DNA of 63,966 nt, filler included. It is 8 parts of 8 records of this genome, joined end to end, with 100 filler letters (N's around TTAATTAATTAA, not from the genome) between each part and the next. Parts side by side here need not be neighbours in the genome. Positions count along the whole stretch, not along the records: positions 23,802 to 36,279 come from SRR20825010_1403; positions 36,380 to 47,240 come from SRR20825010_1410; 6 more parts are not named here. One strand, written 5' to 3'. Positions 30,605 to 40,971 of the stretch are shown piece after piece. The translations under genes and the position numbers were made by a program. Below the pieces are notes generated by a model. The model saw nothing but the letters and a program-made list of their open reading frames with translations. It did not search any database and was not told where the DNA came from. The first letter of the stretch is position 1; every line of letters starts with the position of its first letter.

Positions 30605-31099
30605 GTGCTAGGCCGAGACAAGAAAACCGCAGTGACTACAGGGGCATCGTCCCAGGATTATCGTAACCATACCCTGATCGCGCCCAGCGCAACCGTTCGT
30701 GGTGATATCGAGTTTTCCGGAGGCCTGCATGTTCAGGGCACCGTGGAAGGCAATGTCAGCGTGGGTAAGGATGGTGGTCGCCTGGTGATTGGCGAAAGCG
30801 GTGTGGTGAAAGGCGAAATCCAGGTCGCCCAGGTGGTAATTAATGGTCGCGTGGAAGGGGATGTGCACGCCACCGAGAACCTGGAGCTGGCGGAAAAGGC
30901 GTCCGTGGAAGGCAACGTGTACTACCGGATGATCGAAATGGTCATGGGTGCGCGGGTGAATGGCAAACTGGTCCGCCTGGATGACGAGCGCCGCAATCTG
31001 CCCGCGCCGGATGCCGGCAAAACGGCCAAGCCGGAAGCCTCCGGCAAGGACGCAGCAAGCAACGATGCGCCCGGGAAGGCGGAAGGTGCCCGCGGATAA
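30605..31099 (+). CDS. Bactofilin (polymer-forming cytoskeletal protein, CcmA family)
   Basis: Beta-helix repeats TLIA..ATVRGDIEFSGGLHVQGTVEGNV...INGRVEGDV...GARVNG. Confidence 0.93.
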   Translation: MLGRDKKTAVTTGASSQDYRNHTLIAPSATVRGDIEFSGGLHVQGTVEGNVSVGKDGGRLVIGESGVVKGEIQVAQVVINGRVEGDVHATENLELAEKASVEGNVYYRMIEMVMGARVNGKLVRLDDERRNLPAPDAGKTAKPEASGKDAASNDAPGKAEGARG

Positions 31100-31123
31100 T
31101 TCTTGACTGTTTTAGTCGGGTAC
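31099..31123. promoter_or_regulatory. IscR type-1 binding site upstream of erpA
   Basis: ATTCTTGACTGTTTTAGTCGGGTAC fits the IscR type-1 pattern ATAnYYGACTrwwwYAGTCRRnTAT; erpA is a known IscR target. Confidence 0.8.
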
Positions 31124-31202
31124 TGGAACATGATCAACCCGCTCGGGCGTTTCGCGCCGGGGTGGGTTTTCTTCTGCCCAGATGTTAGCCAATAGCGAGA
31201 GT

Positions 31203-31541
31203 ATGACCGAGTCAGCGCCTATTTCATTTACCGATGCCGCCGCCGCCAAAGTTAAAGAGCTGCGTGACGACGAAGGGAACCCGAACCTGAAGCTGCGTGT
31301 GTATATCACCGGCGGCGGCTGTGCGGGGTTTTCCTATGGCTTCACTTTCGATGAAGCGGTGAATGAGGACGACACCTCGGTGGAGAAAGAGGGTGTCACC
31401 TTGCTGGTGGACGCCATGAGTATCCAGTACCTGGATGGCTCCCAGGTGGATTACGAAAAGGGCCTGATGGGCTCGCGCTTCGTGGTCAGCAATCCCAATG
31501 CGGCCACCACCTGTGGTTGCGGCTCTTCTTTTTCCGTTTAA
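31203..31541 (+). CDS. erpA: Iron-sulfur cluster insertion protein ErpA
   Basis: [17 protein letters not shown] and [14 protein letters not shown]. Confidence 0.96.
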   Translation: MTESAPISFTDAAAAKVKELRDDEGNPNLKLRVYITGGGCAGFSYGFTFDEAVNEDDTSVEKEGVTLLVDAMSIQYLDGSQVDYEKGLMGSRFVVSNPNAATTCGCGSSFSV

Positions 31542-31605
31542 ACCTTTCTGTGTTTCCCTGCGGTTTTGCGTGTTGCTTCGCGCGTGATGCGTGATGCGTT
31601 TCCTG

Positions 31606-31623
31606 CTGTCATAAAAGCTTCAC
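31606..31623 (+). promoter_or_regulatory. Candidate Pho box CTGTCAT-AAAA-GCTTCAC
   Basis: First half-site matches the PhoB consensus exactly; the second lies 11 bp later; upstream of a phosphatase gene. Confidence 0.55.
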
Positions 31624-31667
31624 CATTTGATCAACATTTCGTCGCTTTTCGGGTAGACACTGAACCC

Positions 31668-32201
31668 ATGATGACGACAAAACCGACATTTCAACGAATG
31701 ACCGCCGCGGACACCCGGGCCATGTGCTGGTTGCTACAACAACCACAGGCAGCCCGTCGTGCCCGTATGGCGCGGATGATCTCCCGCCTCGGTGATGGCC
31801 CCTTCTATGTGGCGCTGACGCTGTGTATCTGGTGGATGGACCGGCAGGGCGGCAGCGAGTTTGCCTTGACCGCCATGGCTGCCTACGCTCTGGAAGTGCC
31901 CTTGTTTATGCTGCTCAAACACCTGATCAAGCGCCCCCGGCCGGCTGATGCGCTGGAGAGTTTATCGGCGTTTATCCAGCCGGCGGACCGCTTCAGTTTC
32001 CCGTCCGGGCATACCGCTGCGGCGTTCGTGATGGCGTCGTTGTTGTGTGTGTTCTATCCGCCGGTGATGCTGTTGGCGCTGGGGTTGGCGGTCATGGTGG
32101 GGCTGTCTCGGGTGTTGCTGGGGGTGCATTACCCTTCGGATATTGTTGCCGGCGCCACCCTGGGCTTCAGTTGCGCGATGCTGGGCCTCTGGCTGGTTTA
32201 G
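31668..32201 (+). CDS. PAP2-family membrane phosphatase
   Basis: KHLIKRPRP, FPSGH and SRVLLGVHYPSD motifs. Confidence 0.92.
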   Translation: MMTTKPTFQRMTAADTRAMCWLLQQPQAARRARMARMISRLGDGPFYVALTLCIWWMDRQGGSEFALTAMAAYALEVPLFMLLKHLIKRPRPADALESLSAFIQPADRFSFPSGHTAAAFVMASLLCVFYPPVMLLALGLAVMVGLSRVLLGVHYPSDIVAGATLGFSCAMLGLWLV

Positions 32202-32306
32202 CCTTCCCCTTAACGTTTATCTCCCTGCTGGCCCTGCGGCCCAGATCTTTCTAAGCGCCGCTCCTATCGGGGTATTGCGAGGTAATGGGAGGCGGTTCTG
32301 CGCGTT

Positions 32307-33410
32307 TCAGGGCAAGGTGACCTGGCCCAGAATGGCTTTCCTCGACGCCCCGGTGACCACCGGTGCATTCCCGCACTGTCCTTCCATTCGAGCCCAGGCC
32401 AGCCAGGCAAACGCGGCGGCCTCCACCCAGTCGGGGTCCAGCCCGTGCTCAGCGGTGCTGGCGACCGGGGAGCCGAGTAAAGCCTGAAGGCGTTCCAGCA
32501 GGTGCTGGTTATGGGCGCCTCCGCCGCAGATCAGCACATGATCGGGCTGGAAGTTGTTAAGTGCATCGCTGATTGAATGGGCGGTGAGCTCTGCCAGCGT
32601 TGCCTGGACGACGTCCTCAGGGAGTGAGTGGTTGGCCAGTTGTGTGTTGAGCCAGTCACGGCTGAAACGCTCTCGCCCGGTGCTTTTCGGGGGCGGCTGA
32701 TGGAAGTACGGGTCATCCAGCAGGGTGGCAAGCAGAGCGGCATCGGGGTGGGAGCTGGCGGCCCAGTCACCATTGCGGTCGAAGGCTTGCTGGCGGTGCT
32801 GTTGGATCCAGCTGTCCATTAACACGTTGCCGGGGCCGGTATCAAAGCCGCCAGTGAGTTGCGTGTTGTCCAGCAGGGTCACATTGGCCATGCCGCCGAT
32901 ATTCACCACTGCCGTCCGTTGTCCGGGGCGAGCGAACAGTTGCCGGTGAAAAGGGGGCACCAGCGGTGCGCCTTGGCCTCCCAGCGCCATGTCTTTGTTG
33001 CGGAAATTGCTGACCACGGGAATGCCTGTGTGTACCGCCAGGGTGTCCGGGCAGCCCAGTTGAACGCTAAAGCCGGGTGCTTGAGGGCGGTGGCGAACGG
33101 TCTGGCCGTGGCAGCCAATGGCGCGAACCTGCTCCGGGGTGATGCCGGCCTGCGCGAGCAGGGTCTGGCAGGTGTTGGCGTAATGTCTGGCCAGCTGCAG
33201 ATTGGCGTGGCCGGCCCGATCGATTTCGTTACTGCCCGGCTGGCACAGGGCGAGAATGTCGTCGCGAAGCGGTGCCGGAATTGGCTGGCTCAGGGTGCCG
33301 AGCAGGGTGAAATGGTCGTTGCCAATGCGGGCGAGGACGGCATCAATGCCGTCCACGCTGGTGCCTGTCATTAGGCCGATAAACAGGGATGGCTCGGTCT
33401 TAGAAGACAT
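32307..33410 (-). CDS. anmK: Anhydro-N-acetylmuramic acid kinase
   Basis: GLMTGTSVDGID, HGQTVRH, GGQGAPLVP, NIGGMAN and FDTGPGN. Confidence 0.96.
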   Translation of the reverse strand: MSSKTEPSLFIGLMTGTSVDGIDAVLARIGNDHFTLLGTLSQPIPAPLRDDILALCQPGSNEIDRAGHANLQLARHYANTCQTLLAQAGITPEQVRAIGCHGQTVRHRPQAPGFSVQLGCPDTLAVHTGIPVVSNFRNKDMALGGQGAPLVPPFHRQLFARPGQRTAVVNIGGMANVTLLDNTQLTGGFDTGPGNVLMDSWIQQHRQQAFDRNGDWAASSHPDAALLATLLDDPYFHQPPPKSTGRERFSRDWLNTQLANHSLPEDVVQATLAELTAHSISDALNNFQPDHVLICGGGAHNQHLLERLQALLGSPVASTAEHGLDPDWVEAAAFAWLAWARMEGQCGNAPVVTGASRKAILGQVTLP

Positions 33411-34725
33411 CGCTGCTGGCCAGGGTTGAGGCTTCGGAGAACAAGGTCATCTGTGCCTTCAGCCGGTTGGCGGCAATCAGGAACTCGGCTCTTTCGTTAT
33501 CGTTGATGCCGCGCGCCTTGGGGAGTGGCACGGTCTGTGGATTACGGTGTACGCCGTTAATCCGAAACTCGTAATGTAGATGCGGGCCGGTGGCCAGCCC
33601 GGACGAGCCGACATAGCCGATGGTTTGCCCCTGGGTGACCCGTTTGCCCACGCGAATACCCTTGGCAAAGCTGCGCATATGGGCATACAGGGTGGTGTAG
33701 ATCTGGCCATGCTTAAGGATGATGACGTTGCCGTAGCCCCCTTTTACCCCGGCGAAGATGACCTTGCCATCGCCTGCGGCCTTGATGGGGGTGCCGGATG
33801 GCGCTGCATAGTCAGTGCCCTTGTGGGCGCGAATACGGTTGAGTACCGGGTGTTTGCGGCCCGGGTTAAAGCGGGAGCTGACCCGAGAAAAGGCCACGGG
33901 GGTGCGGATGAATTCCTTGCGCATGGAGTCGCCCTTGATGTTCAGGTACTCCACGTCGCCAGACAGGGTCTCGTAGCGGAAGGCGGTGAGATGGCGGCCC
34001 TGGTTCCAGAATTCGGCCATCAGAATGTCGCCTTCGCCCACTTTTTCCCCGTCAAGATAGAGTTCTTCATAGAGAATGCGGAAGCGGTCACCTTTGCGAA
34101 TATCGAGGGCAAAATCCACATCCCAGGCAAACAGGTTGGCCAGCTGCATGGTGAGTCGGTCGGTGATGCCGGCTGCGGCCCCGGCCAGGAACAGGGAGCC
34201 GGTAATGTCGGCCTGGGCGAAGCGGGTCTGTTTCTGGTATTCCCGCTGGCTCAGGCGCACATTCCAGCCGCCGCCTGTTAACCGTGCGGTGAGAGTTTCA
34301 ACTTTCGAGGGGTGGTAGCGCACGTTGGTAAGGGAGCCGCTGTCGCTAACAATGACTTCCAGTGCTTCCCCGGGGCGCAGGCGGGTGAGGCGCTTCAGTT
34401 TGTCGTCCCCTTTGAGCAGGGCGTCGATCTGGCCGGCACCAATGCCCAGGGGGTGCAGTAATGAAGACAGGCTATCCCCGGATTCCACGGTGAGCGTTTG
34501 CCACTGGGGGGTGGCTGGTTCTGGCTTGCTGGCGGTCTGGGGTTTTGGGGCGGGTGCTGCGCGTTCCGGCAGGCTAATGGGCTGGACGCGTTCCGGGGTC
34601 GTTTCGGTGCTGTCTGGGCGAAAAGCGATCAGGATGACGCCGCCCAGCAATACCATGCTCAGCAGTAAATGGGTGCGTGGAAACTGGCGCACCAGCCTGC
34701 CGGCAGCAGAGATAAGTTGTTTCAT
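33400..34725 (-). CDS. M23 peptidoglycan DD-endopeptidase (OapA/MepM-like)
   Basis: N-terminal TM, LysM-like VESGDSLS, HKGTDY and TGPHLHYEF. Confidence 0.93.
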   Translation of the reverse strand: MKQLISAAGRLVRQFPRTHLLLSMVLLGGVILIAFRPDSTETTPERVQPISLPERAAPAPKPQTASKPEPATPQWQTLTVESGDSLSSLLHPLGIGAGQIDALLKGDDKLKRLTRLRPGEALEVIVSDSGSLTNVRYHPSKVETLTARLTGGGWNVRLSQREYQKQTRFAQADITGSLFLAGAAAGITDRLTMQLANLFAWDVDFALDIRKGDRFRILYEELYLDGEKVGEGDILMAEFWNQGRHLTAFRYETLSGDVEYLNIKGDSMRKEFIRTPVAFSRVSSRFNPGRKHPVLNRIRAHKGTDYAAPSGTPIKAAGDGKVIFAGVKGGYGNVIILKHGQIYTTLYAHMRSFAKGIRVGKRVTQGQTIGYVGSSGLATGPHLHYEFRINGVHRNPQTVPLPKARGINDNERAEFLIAANRLKAQMTLFSEASTLASSDVF

Positions 34726-34879
34726 GGAGAGTCTGTGAGGGCCTGGTTGGGTAAATAGAGACTGGCGCGCCCGCGGGGCACAGCGAAAAACTGACCTGCA
34801 AAGATACCCGCCTTCTCTGGCCGCGTTCAAGTGCTACAATGGCGCGCTTTCATTAATGGGTCTGGAAATAGAGGTAGGC

Positions 34880-36079
34880 ATGGCCACGGTGGATCAGCAA
34901 CTGGCACTTATTACCCGCGGAGCGGATGAGATCATCCAGGAAGAGGAGCTGCGGGAGAAACTGGCATCGGGCCGGCCGTTACGGGTGAAGGCGGGTTTTG
35001 ACCCCACTGCCCCGGATCTGCACCTGGGGCATACGGTATTGATCAACAAGCTGCGCCAGTTTCAGGAACTGGGGCACGAGGTGATCTTCCTGATTGGCGA
35101 TTTCACCGGGATGATCGGTGATCCCACGGGCAAGAGTACTACTCGACCGCCGTTGAGCCGCGAGGATGTGTTGCGCAACGCGGAGACCTATAAAGAGCAG
35201 GTATTCAAAATTCTCGACGAGAGCAAGACCCGGGTGGCATTCAATTCCAGCTGGATGAATGAGGTTGGTGCGGCCGGCATGATCAAGCTGGCGGGTCAGT
35301 ACACGGTGGCGCGGATGCTCGAGCGTGATGATTTTGACAAGCGCTATAAGGGCAATCAGCCCATTGCCATCCACGAATTTCTCTACCCGCTTGTGCAGGG
35401 CTACGACTCCGTGGCTCTGGAAGCAGATGTGGAGCTGGGCGGGACCGATCAGAAATTCAACCTGCTGATGGGGCGTACCCTGCAGAAGTCCTACGGTCAG
35501 GTGCCGCAGATCTGTTTGACCATGCCGATTCTGGAGGGGCTGGACGGCGTGCAGAAAATGTCCAAGTCGTTGGGCAACTATGTGGGGGTCAGCGACGCGC
35601 CGGGTGAGATGTACCGCAAGTTGCTCTCGCTTCCCGATAGCCTCACCTGGCGTTATTATGAGCTGCTTAGTGCTTGTTCCAATGAGCGCATTGAGGAATT
35701 GAAGGCCGAGGCGGAGATTCTGGGCTCGCCCCAGGAAGCAAAAAAAGCCTTTGCGCTGGAGATGGTCGAGCGGTTCCATGGGCCTGAGGCGGCCCTGGCG
35801 GCGCCCAAGTCAGCGGGTAACCAGATTGCGCTGGGCGATATTCCGGATAATGTGCCGGAGATCGAGGTGGAGCTGGGTGATCAGGACAGCATCCATATCC
35901 TGCCGTTACTCCGTGAGGCGGGCCTTGTGCAGAATGGCAAGGCCGCCAAGGATGTATTTGGCCGGGGCGCGGTGTACCTGGATGGTGTTCAGCTCAGCGA
36001 AGAGCGCACCTTCTCCCGTGGTGACAGCCACGTGATACAGGCCGGAAAGAAGAAAATTGCCCGGGTAACGGTTAAATAG
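34880..36079 (+). CDS. tyrS: Tyrosine--tRNA ligase
   Basis: [13 protein letters not shown] and KMSKS motifs with a C-terminal S4 domain. Confidence 0.97.
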   Translation: MATVDQQLALITRGADEIIQEEELREKLASGRPLRVKAGFDPTAPDLHLGHTVLINKLRQFQELGHEVIFLIGDFTGMIGDPTGKSTTRPPLSREDVLRNAETYKEQVFKILDESKTRVAFNSSWMNEVGAAGMIKLAGQYTVARMLERDDFDKRYKGNQPIAIHEFLYPLVQGYDSVALEADVELGGTDQKFNLLMGRTLQKSYGQVPQICLTMPILEGLDGVQKMSKSLGNYVGVSDAPGEMYRKLLSLPDSLTWRYYELLSACSNERIEELKAEAEILGSPQEAKKAFALEMVERFHGPEAALAAPKSAGNQIALGDIPDNVPEIEVELGDQDSIHILPLLREAGLVQNGKAAKDVFGRGAVYLDGVQLSEERTFSRGDSHVIQAGKKKIARVTVK

Positions 36080-36162
36080 CGGGCGCTGATGCCTGTTATT
36101 TGGGCGATTTGACCGGAATTTGAGCGGTCAGCAGGTTTTTTTAAAAAAGTGCGAAAAAGGGT

Positions 36163-36279
36163 TTGACTCCCAGAGCGAACTCTCTAGAATGCGCACTCCT
36201 CGACGGGGCAACAACGCAACGCACCACAGCGAAGCGCCACGGACGAGACGCTCTTTAACAATCAGGCAAGCAAACGTGT
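36163..36279 (+). promoter_or_regulatory. rRNA operon promoter and leader (the 16S gene itself is beyond the contig end)
   Basis: AT-rich UP element, -35 TTGACT (36163), 16-bp spacer, -10 TAGAAT (36185), GCGCAC discriminator and boxA CGCTCTTTAACA (36249-36260). tyrS next to rrn is a common arrangement. Confidence 0.85.
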
Positions 36280-36379
36280 NNNNNNNNNNNNNNNNNNNNN
36301 NNNNNNNNNNNNNNNNNNNNNNNTTAATTAATTAANNNNNNNNNNNNNNNNNNNNNNNNNNNNNNNNNNNNNNNNNNNN
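36280..36379. other. Artificial contig linker
   Basis: 44 N + TTAATTAATTAA + 44 N. Confidence 0.99.
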
Positions 36380-36870
36380 TCCCAAGTGTAAATGCGGACT
36401 GTTCAGGGGTTTTGATTACAAAAGGAGTAACGAACGGTAGTGCAATGGACCAAACAGTGGCGTTTAACCGGGGTGTGGGTGGTGCCGTGGAAGGGCAGTC
36501 CAGCGAAACCTGGCTATTGAAATCCAATGGACAAAACCTCATGCTCTCTCCTGCCCGTGAACCGGAGTACATGAGTATTCCTGCCACTGGGGGAATGGTA
36601 AAAGTACATACAGAGTTCAACGATGCTGTGCTTTCTGAATCCAAATTGACGGCCTTGCGCGAGATGTCCAAAGCTCTCAATGAGGAATTGCCCAAGGTTG
36701 GGATCGCGGGTCCATACGATGTGGAACTTGGTTTTAAAGGTGAAGAAATCTGGCTGTTTCAGGTACGCCCATTTGTAGAAAACAAACGTGCAGCGGCTTC
36801 CGAATACCTGAGATCCATTACACCTACGCTCAACGAATCGCTCAAAATCTCTCTCGACACTGAATTATGA
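36380..36870 (+). CDS. PEP/pyruvate-binding (PPDK_N-type ATP-grasp) domain protein, C-terminal part
   Basis: Open from the contig edge. PSVNADCSGVLIT, RGVGGAVEG and PYDVELGF...IWLFQVRP correspond to the PEP-synthase nucleotide-binding motifs SGVxFT, GLGExVVxG and DIEW...LQARP. Confidence 0.75.
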
Positions 36871-38141
36871 ATGTGAAAATCAAGAATACACTAGTCGGAA
36901 GTTTGTGCGCATTGCTACTGACAGCATCCACCTCACCTTACCCCATCGACGGATATGAAGAGACGGGGATCAGGCGGTTGAAACGATTGGAATTGATCAT
37001 GGCTGGCGAGCTGACGGAGAACAAACCGCCAATCGGTGGGCAAAAATCCATCTGTGACATCCAGCTAAACCTCACCGGCCCAAAAGGTGATAGCCTATTG
37101 CATTTACCTTCGGTTGATCCTGATTTTCAAAAAGTAGTGAACAGTCTTTTTCCCAATCTGGATGAAAGCTACTCCTTAGCCATTCTCGACATTACCCCCG
37201 GAAAAAAAACACGTTATGCCACCCGCAAGGAAAATGGTCAGTATCAGCCGGGAAGCGTTGGAAAAATCGCTGTAGCTACCGGATTCTTTACGGAATTGGC
37301 CAAGATATATCCGGATTTTGAAGAACGTCAGGAGTTGCTACGCACCAAAATGGTAAGAGCAGGGAGGTGGGCCATGGCCGATGAACACACTGTTCCCATT
37401 TTTGATGTAGACACAAAAAAACTAGTGAAACGCACCGTGGTTGAATCGGATGTTTTCACACTTTATGAATGGCTCGATCACATGTTTTCAGTAAGTAATA
37501 ATGGTGCGGCAAGTGTCTGCTGGAGAGAAGCAGTACTGATGCGGGCTTTTGGAAAAGAGTATCCGGAGCTTACTGAGGAGCAAGGCAATGAATACTTTAA
37601 AACCACACCAAAATCCGAACTATCCAGCTTAGCGAACACCGTAGTAAACGAGCCCCTTAGAACACTTGACATTACAGAAAATGAGTGGCGTTTGGGTGCA
37701 TTTTTTACCAAAGGAGCAGGTTCTTTTATCCCTGCCAAAGGTGGAAGTATCGGCAGTCCCGTCGGACTTATGAAGTTTCTGGTGAAAATGGAGCAGGGAA
37801 AAGTGATTGATGCCGAAAGTAGTTTGGAAATCAAGCGAATGCTCTACATGACCGATAGACGAATCCGATATGCAGCCGCGCCTGCTCTCGCCACAGCCGC
37901 AGTTTATTTCAAGTCGGGCAGCTTATACAAATGCAAGGAAGAAGAAGGATATACCTGCGGGAAATACATGGGAAATGTCGACAACTACATGAACTCTGTA
38001 GCAATAGTAGAGCATACCGACGGTACCACCTATATGATCGTGATGATGAGCAACGTGCTCAAGAAAAACTCAGCGAGCGATCATGCCGCATTGGCCAGCA
38101 GCATCGATCGAATCGTGAAACCAAAATCAATCAAGAAATAA
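36867..38141 (+). CDS. Exported class-A-beta-lactamase-fold serine hydrolase
   Basis: Signal-like N-terminus, SxxK (GSVGK), SxN (SNN) and KSG triad. ATGA overlap with the upstream gene. Confidence 0.8.
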   Translation: MNVKIKNTLVGSLCALLLTASTSPYPIDGYEETGIRRLKRLELIMAGELTENKPPIGGQKSICDIQLNLTGPKGDSLLHLPSVDPDFQKVVNSLFPNLDESYSLAILDITPGKKTRYATRKENGQYQPGSVGKIAVATGFFTELAKIYPDFEERQELLRTKMVRAGRWAMADEHTVPIFDVDTKKLVKRTVVESDVFTLYEWLDHMFSVSNNGAASVCWREAVLMRAFGKEYPELTEEQGNEYFKTTPKSELSSLANTVVNEPLRTLDITENEWRLGAFFTKGAGSFIPAKGGSIGSPVGLMKFLVKMEQGKVIDAESSLEIKRMLYMTDRRIRYAAAPALATAAVYFKSGSLYKCKEEEGYTCGKYMGNVDNYMNSVAIVEHTDGTTYMIVMMSNVLKKNSASDHAALASSIDRIVKPKSIKK

Positions 38142-38151
38142 GTTTAATGTA

Positions 38152-40965
38152 TCAGGTCAGTGAGGTGACTACCTTCTCAGCCTGCTCCCTTACTTTTACA
38201 TTGGGGCTTTGTAAGAAAGGATGCACGAGCGAAGCATAATCCTTGATATCCAGGGCTAGTATTAGCTGAAAGACGGCCAATTTCAATTTGGCATCACGGC
38301 CCTGAAGCAACAATTCCAGACTTCTCTTTTCCTCAGGAACTTTCAATCTGAGATTGATCAGTGTTTCATTGGTGATGCTTTCAAACATGGCACTTTCAGC
38401 AATCGGAACCAGTGTCCGCTTGAGGGTTGGTTCCAGTAAGTTGTCCAGAAACTCGACCGCATTTATTCGCACATGTTCATTCACACTTTTAATTCCTTCA
38501 TAGACCGACATGACATCATCGGGCGGGTATTTTAGTCCAATCAGTCTGAATATCCGCTCCAGTGTACCGTCCAGTCTTCGCTCCATCAAGCTGACGAGAT
38601 TGGCTCGTGCAACCCGAACCTCATTAGTTTCTTCGCTGGGAAGAATCTGATTTTGTTTGTAAAAGATTGCAAGCGTATTTTTATACAACTCCGCTTCGTC
38701 AATGATGTAACCGATAATATCCTCTTTGCGAATTTTTAAATGAGGGAAATCCCGCTGCATCGTATGAAGCGACCGGAGTGCTTCCAATCGGAGCATTGCA
38801 TCAGCAGTCTCGAGCAAATTCAACAGTACTTTCACCGCTTTTTGGGCATCCATTCGCTCCAGTACACCGGGCAAGTGATTGATGATTTCCGATTTCACTG
38901 CTGGATTCATTGCCATCAGTTTCAAATAATCCGCTATCCCCACTCCATAATTCAGCAAAGCGTCTTGCGCGGTTCTTCTCGTTCCCTTTTCCACCAGAAA
39001 TAAAGTCAACTTCTCAATAAAATATTCACTCATGGTATACCCTGCGGAAAGAATTGCCTCTTTCACAATAGTGGCATTCTCATCTTGCAGGTGACGATCT
39101 ATTTCGGGATAAAGTGATTCAATATTGGCATGACCAATGGCACGGAGTATCATTGTTTTATATTGATCCTTTTCTTTCTCATCAGTGGTCAAATGGATAT
39201 AATCCATTTTTTCGCGAATGCGTAGTTCCACTTTCAACAGTTTTTTCATCTCCTCGTTGTTACGAGCCTCCTCTGCCAGCCCAACGAGGGCCGCTCCGCT
39301 GATCATCGGGTCAGCATGAGTCAAATACTGGTTGATTGTGCTTATTCGGTGTTCGGTTGTTTGCTTCAATAGCTGTGCAAAAGCTTTGAAGCGGACTTCC
39401 TGATCCGGGTCTCTGAGTAACACTTGAATAATGGATGGATCGACCGTCTTTTCCAGGTAATAAATACACTGCAAAGCTGCCATCCGAATCTTAGCTGAGT
39501 CGTGGCTCAAAAAGATAACCACATTGTCAAACATCCTTCTATCGGGGATTTGTTGCACCTTTCCCAGAACAAAAAGAATCTGATTTTCCGAACCCTGCTC
39601 CAATCCCTTTTTCAACCCACTCAAAACGGAAATATTATTAAAATCCATCAAGGGCTTGCTGGAGTGCTTATCCGCCTGAGTCAGTTTCGATTTGAACGAC
39701 TTGATGTATTCTTCCCGCACCTTCACCGCTACCCACACCCAGGCAATTACAATTAGTAATGTGAGCACACTGACAGATCTGACTGACAGATCAAGCCCAT
39801 TCACAAGAAAAATAAGCAGAAGCCCAGCAATACCTGTGGCCGACAAATCAACAAACACATCAATAAAGCTTTTGGTCTGACTTTTGATATTGGCCGGTAT
39901 AGGAAGCGAAAGCAATTCCGTAGCTGATTTGTTCACTGATTGTTTTACTGAAACTTCCCAAAGCTTGACGAACACACCCGCCCAAAGTACCGGGGCAAAA
40001 AGCAGAAGAACTGAGCCAACTATAATACCTCCCGGAAGTGCGAAAAGGGAAGTTCCCACACCGAAGGTTCCCACTATTCGTTTGGTCAAAAAAAGCTGAA
40101 TAATTAACGAAACGACGTTGAAGGTAGAAAACCAAAAGCCGAAAAATGCGGTCAACTCATCGGCATCCTGAAAATTATCTGACGCCACACTGCTGAACTG
40201 AAATTCGACCAGTTTAGAAATAACCACACTCAAGCCGATCACCAGCGATAAATACGTGAGATGCTTGGAGTTGCGAATCAGCCAAATGGGATGATTTTCA
40301 AAATCAGTCAATCGCTTTTTCTGACGGAAAGTGTTTAGTTGCTTAACGTGTTTCGTCCAGATGATTTTATTTAATGGCAGGCAGATACACAACAGAGCCG
40401 CCGCTAAGAAAAGAAGGTTGGTGCCGTCGATGTATGACGCAACAAGCGAAGTGACGTAACCACCGGCTACTCCACCTGCAATCGGCCCTGCACCAATAAA
40501 GCTAAACAGTCGCTTCGCTTCTCGTGCATCAAAGGCCAGATTGGCCATGATCCAAAACTGGGATGTGGTAAGCACTCCAAATATGGCTACTCCAATGTAG
40601 AGCACATAGAGCACAAACTTCTCAGCAATATTGAACTTGAGGAGTAAACCAATAACGATCAATGAAACAATGGAGACGACCAGTGTACTCACAGTCACTC
40701 TTTGGAGCGACTTGCTATCAAGTGCCCGGGAATAAACGGTAGATACGCCCATGGCACAAACAGCCACCAACACGAATACTACGGGAAGCTGCTCTATCCC
40801 GATTGTAGAAATAAATTGGGCGTTTACAACCGGCTTAATAATAAGAAGGGTGAAAATGATAAGAAAGATGTTGAGCTGCATAAGCAACACCCTCTCATAT
40901 TCACCCTCCCTGATATCAAATGTTTTGAGTAAAAAGCTTTTAAATAATGTGATTAGATGATCCAA
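38152..40965 (-). CDS. Npt/NTT(TLC)-like MFS nucleotide transporter fused to HEAT/ARM repeats
   Basis: About 420-aa multi-TM N-terminus (DIREGE, SQFWIMANLAFDAREAKRLF, KSFIDVFVD) followed by about 500 aa of helical HEAT-like repeats (LLRDPDQEVRFKA, RINAVEFLDNLL). TTG start. Confidence 0.8.
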   Translation of the reverse strand: MDHLITLFKSFLLKTFDIREGEYERVLLMQLNIFLIIFTLLIIKPVVNAQFISTIGIEQLPVVFVLVAVCAMGVSTVYSRALDSKSLQRVTVSTLVVSIVSLIVIGLLLKFNIAEKFVLYVLYIGVAIFGVLTTSQFWIMANLAFDAREAKRLFSFIGAGPIAGGVAGGYVTSLVASYIDGTNLLFLAAALLCICLPLNKIIWTKHVKQLNTFRQKKRLTDFENHPIWLIRNSKHLTYLSLVIGLSVVISKLVEFQFSSVASDNFQDADELTAFFGFWFSTFNVVSLIIQLFLTKRIVGTFGVGTSLFALPGGIIVGSVLLLFAPVLWAGVFVKLWEVSVKQSVNKSATELLSLPIPANIKSQTKSFIDVFVDLSATGIAGLLLIFLVNGLDLSVRSVSVLTLLIVIAWVWVAVKVREEYIKSFKSKLTQADKHSSKPLMDFNNISVLSGLKKGLEQGSENQILFVLGKVQQIPDRRMFDNVVIFLSHDSAKIRMAALQCIYYLEKTVDPSIIQVLLRDPDQEVRFKAFAQLLKQTTEHRISTINQYLTHADPMISGAALVGLAEEARNNEEMKKLLKVELRIREKMDYIHLTTDEKEKDQYKTMILRAIGHANIESLYPEIDRHLQDENATIVKEAILSAGYTMSEYFIEKLTLFLVEKGTRRTAQDALLNYGVGIADYLKLMAMNPAVKSEIINHLPGVLERMDAQKAVKVLLNLLETADAMLRLEALRSLHTMQRDFPHLKIRKEDIIGYIIDEAELYKNTLAIFYKQNQILPSEETNEVRVARANLVSLMERRLDGTLERIFRLIGLKYPPDDVMSVYEGIKSVNEHVRINAVEFLDNLLEPTLKRTLVPIAESAMFESITNETLINLRLKVPEEKRSLELLLQGRDAKLKLAVFQLILALDIKDYASLVHPFLQSPNVKVREQAEKVVTSLT

Positions 40966-40971
40966 CTTCTA

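Noticed and set aside
36191-36279. 16S rRNA gene
   Set aside because: Only the promoter, leader and boxA are present; the contig ends before mature 16S sequence.
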